Part shown: piece after piece, positions 45,006 to 52,762 of the stretch
Layout of the letters: the number at the start of each line of letters is the position of its first letter
Numbering within the stretch: the stretch's first letter is position 1
NCBI GenBank assembly: GCA_050697555.1
Contig: JBOHAD010000002.1
Location: forward strand, 10,464 to 74,463
DNA from: Gaiellaceae bacterium
Lineage (GTDB): Bacteria > Actinomycetota > Thermoleophilia > Gaiellales > Gaiellaceae
DNA length: 64,000 nt
Direction of reading: 5' to 3'
Position numbers and translations under genes: made by a program
Notes under the pieces: generated by a model
What the model saw: the letters and a program-made list of their open reading frames with translations, nothing else
Databases searched by the model: none
What the model was told of the DNA's origin: nothing

Positions 45006-45607
45006 GCGGCGAAGAACGTCCGCGAAACCGCCGCCCTCCCCTGCGGATCGGCCTCGCGGCGCTTGCGCTGGCTGCCCTTCTTGCCGTAGCGGTCTTCGCC
45101 GCTCTCGCCCTCCTCTCCGACGACGGAGCGCTCCGGGGGAGCCCGAGCCCCGGCTCCCCCGGCGCCTCCTCGGCGCAACCGGTCGCAGTGACGCCGGAGG
45201 AGGCGCCGACGCTGCTCGGGGAGGATCCGATCAGCGGGGAGGAGGTCACGCTCGCCGACTTCCGTGGGAAGCCGGTGGTGATCAACGTCTGGGCCTCCTG
45301 GTGCCCGGGCTGCAACGACGAGGCGGCCGACCTGCGCGAGTTCGCCGCCGACCACCCCGAGGTCGTGGTCCTGGGCGTCGACTTCCAGGACACCGTCGAG
45401 GGGGCGCGCCGCTTCTACCGGCGCTGGGAGTGGACGCACCCGAGCATCTTCGACTCGTCGGGAACGCAGAGCGCGGCGCTGGGGCTTTTCGGCATGCCGA
45501 CGACCCTGTTCCTCGACAGCCGGCACCGCATCGCCGCGCGCGTCGTGGGGGCCACCGACCGGGCCGGATTCGAGCACGGGCTCGAGCTCGCCACGCAGGC
45601 CTCGTAA
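45002..45607 (+). CDS. membrane-anchored TlpA/ResA-family thiol:disulfide oxidoreductase (CPGC)
   Basis: TM anchor, then FRGKPVVINVWASWCPGCNDEA. The GTG start overlaps the methyltransferase stop (GTGA). Confidence 0.88.
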   Translation: MSGEERPRNRRPPLRIGLAALALAALLAVAVFAALALLSDDGALRGSPSPGSPGASSAQPVAVTPEEAPTLLGEDPISGEEVTLADFRGKPVVINVWASWCPGCNDEAADLREFAADHPEVVVLGVDFQDTVEGARRFYRRWEWTHPSIFDSSGTQSAALGLFGMPTTLFLDSRHRIAARVVGATDRAGFEHGLELATQAS

Positions 45608-45692
45608 GAGAGGCCGGTGCTCCGTGCAACCGGGAGGGCGCGTGCGCATCGGACCGCGAAGGTAAGACAAACGACAGAGGGGGCAAGCTGCG

Positions 45693-46199
45693 ATGCAGTT
45701 CAACTGGTGGGAAGGCCTCGCAGCGGGCGCGGTCGCGACCGTGGCGATGACAGTCCTCATGCAGATGGGTGCGGCGATGGGCATGACGCGCATGAACATG
45801 GCCCTCATGCTCGGCTCTATGTTCCGCCGCGATCCCGAGTCTGCCAGGTCGGTAGGGATGACCCTCCACTTCATGAACGGCCTCGCGTTCGGCGTTCTCT
45901 ACGCACTCGTCTGGAGGGCGATCGATCCTGCCGATCTCGCCGACGCCTGGTGGATCGGTCTCATCTTCGGCGCCGTGCACGGGGTGGTCGCGATGGCCAT
46001 GATGCCGGTGATGAGCGCCATGCACCCGCGCGTCCGAAGCGACGCGCTGGCGGTCTCCGAAGGACCGGGGAGCGAGGTGCGGCTCCCCCCGTTCGGCTTC
46101 GGCGGCCGCGGCTTCGGTGCGATGACGCCGATGGGCATCCTGCTCGGCCACCTCGTGTTCGGCGTCGTCTGGGGGTTCGTTTTCTGGTGGCTCGCCTAG
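45693..46199 (+). CDS. integral membrane protein (4 TM, Met-rich)
   Basis: 168 aa, hydrophobic, Met/Gly-rich. Confidence 0.65.
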   Translation: MQFNWWEGLAAGAVATVAMTVLMQMGAAMGMTRMNMALMLGSMFRRDPESARSVGMTLHFMNGLAFGVLYALVWRAIDPADLADAWWIGLIFGAVHGVVAMAMMPVMSAMHPRVRSDALAVSEGPGSEVRLPPFGFGGRGFGAMTPMGILLGHLVFGVVWGFVFWWLA

Positions 46200-46219
46200 A
46201 CGGAAACACAACGGTCGCC

Positions 46220-46531
46220 GTGGAGCTGCTCTACTTCGAAGGCTGTCCACACTGGCGGCAGGCGGCCGCAGCAATTGCCGACGCTGCCCGGGTCACGGGG
46301 ATCAGGTCGGATGTCCGCGCGACCAGAGTCTCTGACCCAGAGGACGCCGTTCGCCATCATTTCCTCGGCTCGCCCACGGTGCGTGTCGCGGGTCGCGACG
46401 TCGACCCTGCGGCGCAGCAGCGTTCCGCGTACGCGCTCGCCTGCCGGGTCTACGACTCGGAGGCGGGACGAGCGTGGTCCCCTCCAGTCGGGTGGATCGC
46501 CGCCGCGCTTCACGAGGCCGCGGGCGCGTGA
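46220..46531 (+). CDS. small thioredoxin-fold-like protein (YFEGCPHW motif)
   Basis: VELLYFEGCPHW...HHFLGSPTVRVAGRDV resembles small thioredoxin-like proteins. GTG 46220 is the suggested start. Confidence 0.6.
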   Translation: MELLYFEGCPHWRQAAAAIADAARVTGIRSDVRATRVSDPEDAVRHHFLGSPTVRVAGRDVDPAAQQRSAYALACRVYDSEAGRAWSPPVGWIAAALHEAAGA

Positions 46532-47031
46532 GCCCGCCTCTCCTCGCCCGGTGGCCGCCGCTGGCACCTCTTCTCTACGGGCTCCTCCTGGCAGGAATGG
46601 CGGCGGGTCAGGTCGCCAGCCTCGACACCTTCGAGGACGCGCTGGCGTCCTACGAGCTCCTGGGCGGACTGCTTCCCGCCGCCGTGATCGGTCTGCCGGC
46701 GCTGGAGGTGCTTGCCGCCCTGGGGCTGCTCGGGTCCCGCCTGCTGCCTCGGCGTGCCGCCCGCGCGGCCGGAGTGCTCGGCATTGTCGTCGCCGTCGCC
46801 TGGTCGGTCCTCGCCGTCCAGGCGTTCGCGCGCGGGCTCGCGGTCGAGAACTGCGGCTGCTTCGGCGCCTATCTGGCTCAGGAGCTCCGCTGGTGGGTGC
46901 TGCTCGAGGACGCCTACCAGCTGCTGCTCGCTCTCCTGGCGGCGCGCGCGCTCGACGTTCGCCTCCTCGGAAGAGGCCGGGTGCCGGTCTCCGCGTTGGG
47001 CGAGGCCCCGCCGGAGCCTGCCCGGCGATGA
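46528..47031 (+). CDS. MauE/DoxX-family redox-associated membrane protein
   Basis: 4 TM plus the ENCGCFG motif. The GTG start overlaps the previous stop (GTGA). Confidence 0.8.
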   Translation: MSPPLLARWPPLAPLLYGLLLAGMAAGQVASLDTFEDALASYELLGGLLPAAVIGLPALEVLAALGLLGSRLLPRRAARAAGVLGIVVAVAWSVLAVQAFARGLAVENCGCFGAYLAQELRWWVLLEDAYQLLLALLAARALDVRLLGRGRVPVSALGEAPPEPARR

Positions 47032-47684
47032 CCCGGCTCGCCGTGTTTGCGGCAGTGGCGGCCGTGGCGCTCATCGTTCCCGCCCCGGGCGCCGCAGGCA
47101 CCGAGCGCTGCTGCTTCCTCGTCGATGCGCGGGCTTCCGGGCGCCTGTCGCTGACGGCCGGAACCGATCTCGCGGCACCGGGTGCGAGTGCCTATCGCGC
47201 TCGCTGGCGCTGGAGGGTGCGGCACGTCGTCCGCTACGTCGAGCACGGCCGGATCTTCAACGCCCTCACGACATTCGGATCGTTGCGGCAGCGCGAGCTC
47301 TCGATCCGGCTCTCGGAGGAGCGAGCCGGCCTGCGCGTCCCAACCTGCCGGCGCGAAGTCAGCCGGGACCTCGCGAGAGGGAGCAGGGAGGCGTACGTCT
47401 CCTTGGAGGACACGACCGAGGGCGACATAGCGCTCGTGGTTCGCGCCAATCATCAGGCGCTTCGGTCGCGCTGCAGCCCCGCGCTCGCGCTGCCGACGGC
47501 ACACATCGGCCCGGCGCCCGCGGGCGTCCTCCTGCGACAGGCACGCACGCTCTCACTCGCCTGGCGAGATCCGATCCGTCTCGAAGACGGTCGTCTCGTC
47601 GGGTCGGTCGAGGTTAATGTGCGCCTGTCGGTGGTTTCGCCGACGCGCGTCGCCGCCGCATTTCACCACGGCCGGCGCCCGTGA
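47028..47684 (+). CDS. secreted hypothetical protein
   Basis: The ATG overlaps the MauE stop (ATGA). Signal peptide AVFAAVAAVALIVPAPGAAG. Contains a CC pair. Confidence 0.6.
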   Translation: MTRLAVFAAVAAVALIVPAPGAAGTERCCFLVDARASGRLSLTAGTDLAAPGASAYRARWRWRVRHVVRYVEHGRIFNALTTFGSLRQRELSIRLSEERAGLRVPTCRREVSRDLARGSREAYVSLEDTTEGDIALVVRANHQALRSRCSPALALPTAHIGPAPAGVLLRQARTLSLAWRDPIRLEDGRLVGSVEVNVRLSVVSPTRVAAAFHHGRRP

Positions 47685-47701
47685 TCTGCCGCGGAGTCGC
47701 C

Positions 47702-47974
47702 TCAGCCTGCGTCGTCCCGGCCCTCGTCCCGCACGCGCCCAAGGACCCGAGAGGTAAAGTCAGGATCGGGAGGCGGCTCTTCGCGGCCGAGGCCTCGGAG
47801 GGACTCGAGCGTCGCGAGAAACGAGCGGTAGAGGGCCTGGCACTTCTCGCACCGCGCCAGATGACGAGCGACCCGCCAGCGGCGGTAACCGGTGAGCTCG
47901 CCCTCGGCGTATTCCGAAATGGAGCGGGCGGTCTCCCCGTGCGACCCGTTGATGGCGAAGAGGAGGATGCTCAC
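47702..47974 (-). CDS. zf-HC2 anti-sigma factor-like protein
   Basis: YAEGELTGYRRWRVARHLARCEKCQALY contains the H-x3-C-x2-C motif. GTG 47974 is suggested, because the longer ORF would overlap the sigma gene start. Confidence 0.6.
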   Translation of the reverse strand: MSILLFAINGSHGETARSISEYAEGELTGYRRWRVARHLARCEKCQALYRSFLATLESLRGLGREEPPPDPDFTSRVLGRVRDEGRDDAG

Positions 47975-48043
47975 GGTCTCTTGGATGCGGCGGCCGCCGG
48001 GCCCGTCGCAGGCTAGCGGAACAAGGCTGCTAGCGTCCTCCCG

Positions 48044-48631
48044 ATGCCGCATCCGGAAGCCGCGCTGCTCCTGCGGGCACAGGAAGGCGACCTCGACGCC
48101 TTCGCCGAGTTCGTCCGCGTGTTCGAGCGTCGCGTCCGAGGGGTGCTCGCGCGCCTCCTCGATGACGAGCGCGACATCGAGGAGGCGGCGCAGGACACGT
48201 TCGTGCAAGCGTGGCGGCATCTCGATCGCTTCCGCGGCGAGGCCGCCCCCTTCACCTGGCTCTACCGGATCGCTGTCAACGAGGCACTGCAGCGAAACCG
48301 ACGGCGGCGCCTGGACACGCAGCCGCTCGAGCAAGCGGCCGATCTCGAGACTCGCGTCAGTCCCGAGTCGACTGCCGGGCGGCCGCTGCCGGCGGACGTC
48401 GCGGCCGGGCAGCGTGAGGAGATCGCAGTCTTGCTCGCCGAGTTGCGCGCGCTTCCCTTTGAGTCACGCGCGCCCCTCGTCCTCCACGACGTCGAGGGAT
48501 GGCCGTACGAGGACGTCGCCGCCGTGCTGGATATCTCAGTCTCCGCCGCCAAGAGCCGCGTGCACCGGGCGCGGCTCCAGGTGATCCGAGCCCTCACCGG
48601 CCTGGGACCGGGAGGGGGGCTCACGGGTTGA
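48044..48631 (+). CDS. ECF (sigma-70 family) RNA polymerase sigma factor
   Basis: Region 2 (DIEEAAQDTFVQAWRHLDRFRGEAAPFTWLYRIAVNEAL) and region 4 (LVLHDVEGWPYEDVAAVLDISVSAAKSRVHRAR). Confidence 0.9.
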   Translation: MPHPEAALLLRAQEGDLDAFAEFVRVFERRVRGVLARLLDDERDIEEAAQDTFVQAWRHLDRFRGEAAPFTWLYRIAVNEALQRNRRRRLDTQPLEQAADLETRVSPESTAGRPLPADVAAGQREEIAVLLAELRALPFESRAPLVLHDVEGWPYEDVAAVLDISVSAAKSRVHRARLQVIRALTGLGPGGGLTG

Positions 48632-48721
48632 CCTTCGGCGCAGCGAAGCCGGGCCGCCGGTCATCGAACCGGGCGATGCGATCCGCGCCGGACGAGGCGA
48701 GACCGACTGTCGACAACTTCG

Positions 48722-49282
48722 GTGACCGGTCGTAGGTTCGCATCCGTTCTGGCCCTCGGCGCGTCGGCGGCTGGACTCTACGGCCTCCTTGTTCGTGGAG
48801 CGCTGACGGTCGATATCCAGATCGGCAGGAGCGTGCGCCCGCTCGGACCCTTCACCGTCCGGATCGACGCATCTCGCGAGGTCGTCTTCGACGTGATCTC
48901 GGCGCCCTATCTGCGCCGGACCCCACGGGCGCTCGAGGGGAAGCTCGAGGTCGTCGAACGGGGAACTGACATGGTGCTAGCCGCGCACTTCACGGACGTC
49001 GGTCGCCTCGTCGCGACTACGCTCGAGACCGTCCGCTTCGACCCGCCGAGCGAGATCCATTTCCGTCTCGTTCGCGGCCCCGTGCCGTACGTGGTCGAGA
49101 GCTTCGTCCTGAGCGAGGCCGGCCCCGGGACGGTGCTCGAGTATGCCGGCGAGCTCGGCACGGACCTGTGGTCGCTCGGCCGGTGGTGGGGGGGCCGGGT
49201 CGCCCCGCGGTGGGAGGCGGCGGTCGAGAGCTCACTCGCTGACGTGAAGACGGAGGCCGAGCGACGGGCCCCCCGGAGGTAA
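48722..49282 (+). CDS. SRPBCC (START/polyketide cyclase-like) family protein with N-terminal TM
   Basis: 186 aa. VVFDVISAPYL...EIHFRLVRGPVPYVVESFVL...GTVLEYAGELG. Confidence 0.7.
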   Translation: MTGRRFASVLALGASAAGLYGLLVRGALTVDIQIGRSVRPLGPFTVRIDASREVVFDVISAPYLRRTPRALEGKLEVVERGTDMVLAAHFTDVGRLVATTLETVRFDPPSEIHFRLVRGPVPYVVESFVLSEAGPGTVLEYAGELGTDLWSLGRWWGGRVAPRWEAAVESSLADVKTEAERRAPRR

Positions 49283-49333
49283 GCACTGGCGGCCGCACAT
49301 CCGTTCATAAGCAGGAAAGATCCTTCGGCTACG

Positions 49334-49849
49334 GTGAACCGGATGCTGCGTCTCGGAGCCCTCGCCGTCGCACTCGCCGCGCTCGCCGCGTGCGGCGGGA
49401 ACAGCTCGGGCGGCGCCGACGCGGCTGGTAGCGCGGCAACCAGCTCCCCAGCAGCCTCGACCGTCGCGCTCGAGGGCGAGACGCTCGACGGCGACCGCCT
49501 CTCACTTGCCGACCTCCGCGGGAAGCCGGTCTTCGTCAACGTCTGGGCCTCCTGGTGACCCATCTGCAACGGCGAGGCGGTCGCCTACGCGCGCTTTGCG
49601 GAGAGCCACCCGGAGTACGGGTTCGTCGGCCTGAATATCTCCGACGACCGAGACGACGCCAAGGGATTCCTGCACAAGTACGGCTGGACGTGGCCCTCGC
49701 TCGCCGACCCGGGCGCCGAGCTCGCCGGCTCCCTCGGACTCTACGGACACCCCGCCGTCGCCGTCCTCGACGAGCGCGGCGCCGTAATCGCCCGCCACAT
49801 CGGCGGCGGTGACGCCACAATCTGGGAGGCGCTCGCAGACGAGCTCTAG
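49334..49849 (+). CDS. TlpA-family thiol:disulfide oxidoreductase lipoprotein with in-frame TGA (49556..49558) at the first Cys of CxxC: candidate selenoprotein (UPIC)
   Basis: Lipobox LAACGG. LRGKPVFVNVWASW-TGA-PICNGEA aligns residue for residue with FRGKPVVINVWASWCPGCNDEA of 45002..45607. The frame stays open and homologous to TAG 49847..49849 (YGWTWPS, GLYGHPAVAVLDERG). Confidence 0.65.
49571..49585 (+). other. candidate bacterial SECIS hairpin
   Basis: GGCGA-GGCGG-UCGCC starts 12 nt after the UGA. The loop starts GG. The stem is short (5 bp). Confidence 0.35.
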
Positions 49850-49935
49850 GTGAATCGCTTCGGCTGGGCGCGCATCGGACCCAGGTACCCACAACCGATA
49901 GGGGGATTCGCGATGCTACGTCGCCGCACAGTCTC

Positions 49936-50427
49936 GTGGGTGTTCGTCCCTATGGCGGTTGTCCTTGCGCTCGCGGGAACAGCAAGTACTGGCAGCAGCT
50001 GACGAGCCTGATGGAGCCGGTCGACTTGCCGTCGATGACCGACCACCGAGCCTACATGCTCCCGAGCGGCCATCTGCTCGCCCTCCACTTCGACGACATG
50101 GAGCTAGCCCAGGCGAAGAACCTGAACTGGGTCGCCCTCGGCGTGCCCGGCACGTTCTGCAAGAACGACCAGCAGCGCGTCGAGAACGAGTACGGCTCCG
50201 GTTTCACCCACTTCCACGACCTCGAGGCCGACACGCACGGCGGCAAGCCGGGCGCGAAGGGCGTCTGGTTCGTCCACGTCGGTGTGCGCGACTTCGAGTC
50301 GCCGATGTCCACCGGCCCGGTGACCGGCGGGGAGGTCGACGACGGCTTCATGCCGACCCCGCCCCCGAGCTGCGCGGAGCGCGAAGCGAGCAGGGAGCAG
50401 GTGCGTGACTTCGGGTACAGGCCGCCC
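49936..50427 (+). CDS. hypothetical protein (HFHDLEADTHGGKPG motif), boundaries unresolved
   Basis: The protein-like body is in frame 1. A good signal peptide (MLRRRTVSWVFVPMAVVLALAG, ATG 49913) sits in frame 2. There is no stop before the next gene. Confidence 0.35.
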
Positions 50428-51104
50428 ATGACGAGAGCGGTCGCGTTCGATGCGATGGGAACCCTCTTTGAACTGTCGCCTCTGCGCGACCGCCTCCGCG
50501 GCATCGGGGCGCCCGAGCAGACCCTGGAGGCGTGGTTCGGGAGGCTCCTCCACTCGGCGGCCTCCCTCACACTCGCCGGAGACTTCCGCGCCTTCGCGGA
50601 CCTCGCCGAGACAGCCCTGCAAACCACGCTGGCGCAACAGGGTCGGGACCAGAGCCTAGCGGGGGACGTGCTCGAGGGCTTCGCTGAGCTCCCGCCGTAC
50701 GAGGACGCGGAAGAGGCGCTCGCAAAGGCGCGCGAGGCGGGACTCACTGTCGCGCTGCTCACGAACGGAGGCGAGCCGAACACGAGAAAGCTCTCGATAC
50801 AGCCGCCCTCGACCGGTACGTGGACGCAGCGATCAGCGTCGACGAGGTTCGGAAATACAAGCCGGCGCCGGAGCCGTACCTGCATGCAGTCAACCGCCTC
50901 GGCGTCGAGCCAGGCGACGTCTGCTTGGTCGCCGCGCACGGTTGGGACGTGCTCGGCGCGCGAAACGCGGGCCTACAGGCCGTGTGGGTCGATCGGCTCG
51001 AGCGGCGCTGGCCGTTCCCGCTCCCCGAACCTGCGCGAGCGCCCGGCCTCGTCGAGGCGGTCGCGCTGGTGCTGCAAGGAAATGCAACCGGCTCGCGTCC
51101 ATGA
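50428..51104 (+). pseudogene. HAD-superfamily hydrolase (haloacid dehalogenase type II-like), frameshifted
   Basis: AFDAMGTLF (motif I) and LLTNGG are in frame 1. LDTAALDRYVDAAISVDEVRKYKPAPEPY...VAAHGWDVLGARNAG is in frame 3. The shift is near 50788..50790 (gagaaagc). Confidence 0.7.
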
Positions 51105-51405
51105 CTTGAATGCGGACGGCGCTGCGGAGCCGCCGGCGACGCTTGGCCCTGCTCCGAACTGAAGGGTCCCAGTCACCGCGGCCACCGGCTAACACTCTCG
51201 CGGCGCTCTCCCCAACGGCAAGGAAGGGGCCCAGAGGCGGATTTCGGCGATCGTCCTGCGACGGACAAGCTTCAGGGCCTGGTCGGTCCAATGCCGACGA
51301 CGTAGGCCGGCGTGACCATGACCACGGCGACCTTCTCGACGTCGTACGCGTCCATACTTCATTCTCTATAGCGGCCTCGAATGGACCGCGGTAACCTCGG
51401 GCTTC

Positions 51406-52353
51406 GTGGACGAGGCGTCGATCGGGATCCTCTACGAGCACCCGCTCTGGTTCCGGCCGCTGTTTGCGGAGCTCGACCGGCGCGGAGTGCCGTACGAGCG
51501 GCTGCACGCCAATGAGCTCACGTTCGATCCGGGCGAGCGCGAGAGCCCGTACTCCGTCCTGCTCAACCGAATGAGCCCATCGGCATGGACGCGCGGGCAC
51601 GCCCAGGCGATCTTCCACAGCCTCCATTTCCTCGCCTACCTCGACGAAATCGGTACCGATGTGATCAACGGCCACCACGCCTTCCAGGTGGAGATCTCGA
51701 AGGCTCGCCAGTGCGCGCTGTTCGCGCGCGTCGGCGTGCGTTACCCGGCGGCGCGGGCGGTCAACGACGTTAGGCAGCTCGAAGCTGCGGCAGAGGGGCT
51801 GCGCTTCCCCGTGCTGGTAAAGCCGAACGTGGGCGGAAGCGGCGCCGGCATCCGCTCCTTCGCGACCCCAAGCGAACTCCGCGAAGCCGTTACGGAGGTG
51901 AGCCTCGGGCTCGGCGTGGACGGCACCGGCCTCGTGCAGGAGCAGCTGCCCGCCGCGGACGAGTCGGTCGTTCGGGTCGAGATCCTGAGCGGCGAGTTCC
52001 TCTACGCGATCCGTCTCCGGCTGCTCCCAGGCAGCTTCAACCTCTGCCCGGCCGACTATTGCGAGTTGCCGGGGATCACGGACGGCGTCTCCGGTCGCGG
52101 GCTGCCGATCGAACACTACTCCCCGCCGAGCGAGCTGATCGAGGACGCGAAGCGGATCGTGGCCGCGGCCGGGATGGAGGTCGGCGGGGTCGAGTACCTC
52201 GTGAACGAGCGGGACGGCCTGCCCTACTTCTACGACGTCAACGCGCTCTCGAACTTCGTCGCGAACGCGCCCGACGTGATCGGTTTCGACCCGTTCGTCG
52301 ACCTCGTCGACTTCCTGCTCGGCCGGGCCCGCGGACTCGTCGCGATCCGGTAG
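51406..52353 (+). CDS. ATP-grasp domain protein (RimK/glutamate-ligase-like)
   Basis: FPVLVKPNVGGSGAGIRSF and VRVEILSGEFLYAIR. 315 aa. Confidence 0.75.
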   Translation: MDEASIGILYEHPLWFRPLFAELDRRGVPYERLHANELTFDPGERESPYSVLLNRMSPSAWTRGHAQAIFHSLHFLAYLDEIGTDVINGHHAFQVEISKARQCALFARVGVRYPAARAVNDVRQLEAAAEGLRFPVLVKPNVGGSGAGIRSFATPSELREAVTEVSLGLGVDGTGLVQEQLPAADESVVRVEILSGEFLYAIRLRLLPGSFNLCPADYCELPGITDGVSGRGLPIEHYSPPSELIEDAKRIVAAAGMEVGGVEYLVNERDGLPYFYDVNALSNFVANAPDVIGFDPFVDLVDFLLGRARGLVAIR

Positions 52354-52361
52354 TAGCGCTG

Positions 52362-52730
52362 CTAGAGGGAGTCGAGCGCGGCGACCGCGTGCTCGAGGTC
52401 GGGGCAGATGCGAACGGCGACGTAAACCGTCCAGGGGTGCGGAGGTGCGCCGCCGGTGTACGCGACGACCGGTTTGCCCGCCGCGTGCGCGTACCAGGCC
52501 TCCATCGCCGTTCCCTCGTCGGCGTGGGTGAACGCGGCAAGCACGGCGTCGCAGCTGTCGATGTCGGCGAGATCGCCCTCGACGATCTCGCGCTCGTGCC
52601 CCTCAGTGCGGCTGCGGAAGTCGCGCCGCATCGGGTCGACTGCTTCCCATCCTCGCTGCTCCACGAGGGTGGCCGCCCGACGGCGATACTCATCCGCGCA
52701 GGGCGGGCCAGCGAGGTAGAGGCGCTTCAC
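52362..52730 (-). CDS. nucleoside 2-deoxyribosyltransferase-like protein
   Basis: MKRLYLAGP...DLADIDSCDAVLAAFTHADEGTAMEAWYAHAAGKPVVAY matches the NDT-like fold pattern. Confidence 0.6.
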   Translation of the reverse strand: MKRLYLAGPPCADEYRRRAATLVEQRGWEAVDPMRRDFRSRTEGHEREIVEGDLADIDSCDAVLAAFTHADEGTAMEAWYAHAAGKPVVAYTGGAPPHPWTVYVAVRICPDLEHAVAALDSL

Positions 52731-52762
52731 GTCTTGAAGCTTGAAGCGCCTAGAGTACGCGC

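Noticed and set aside
44924-46274. Minus-strand ORFs of 316 and 330 aa
   Set aside because: They are antisense to the TlpA and membrane-protein genes and have Arg/Pro-rich shadow-ORF composition.
49913-50002. In-frame TGA after the signal peptide MLRRRTVSW...AGTASTGSS as a third selenocysteine site
   Set aside because: A second TGA follows two codons later in that frame, and the downstream protein-like sequence is in a different frame. This is a frameshift, not recoding.
50890-52116. 408-aa minus-strand ORF
   Set aside because: It is antisense to the HAD and ATP-grasp genes and its translation has no motifs.
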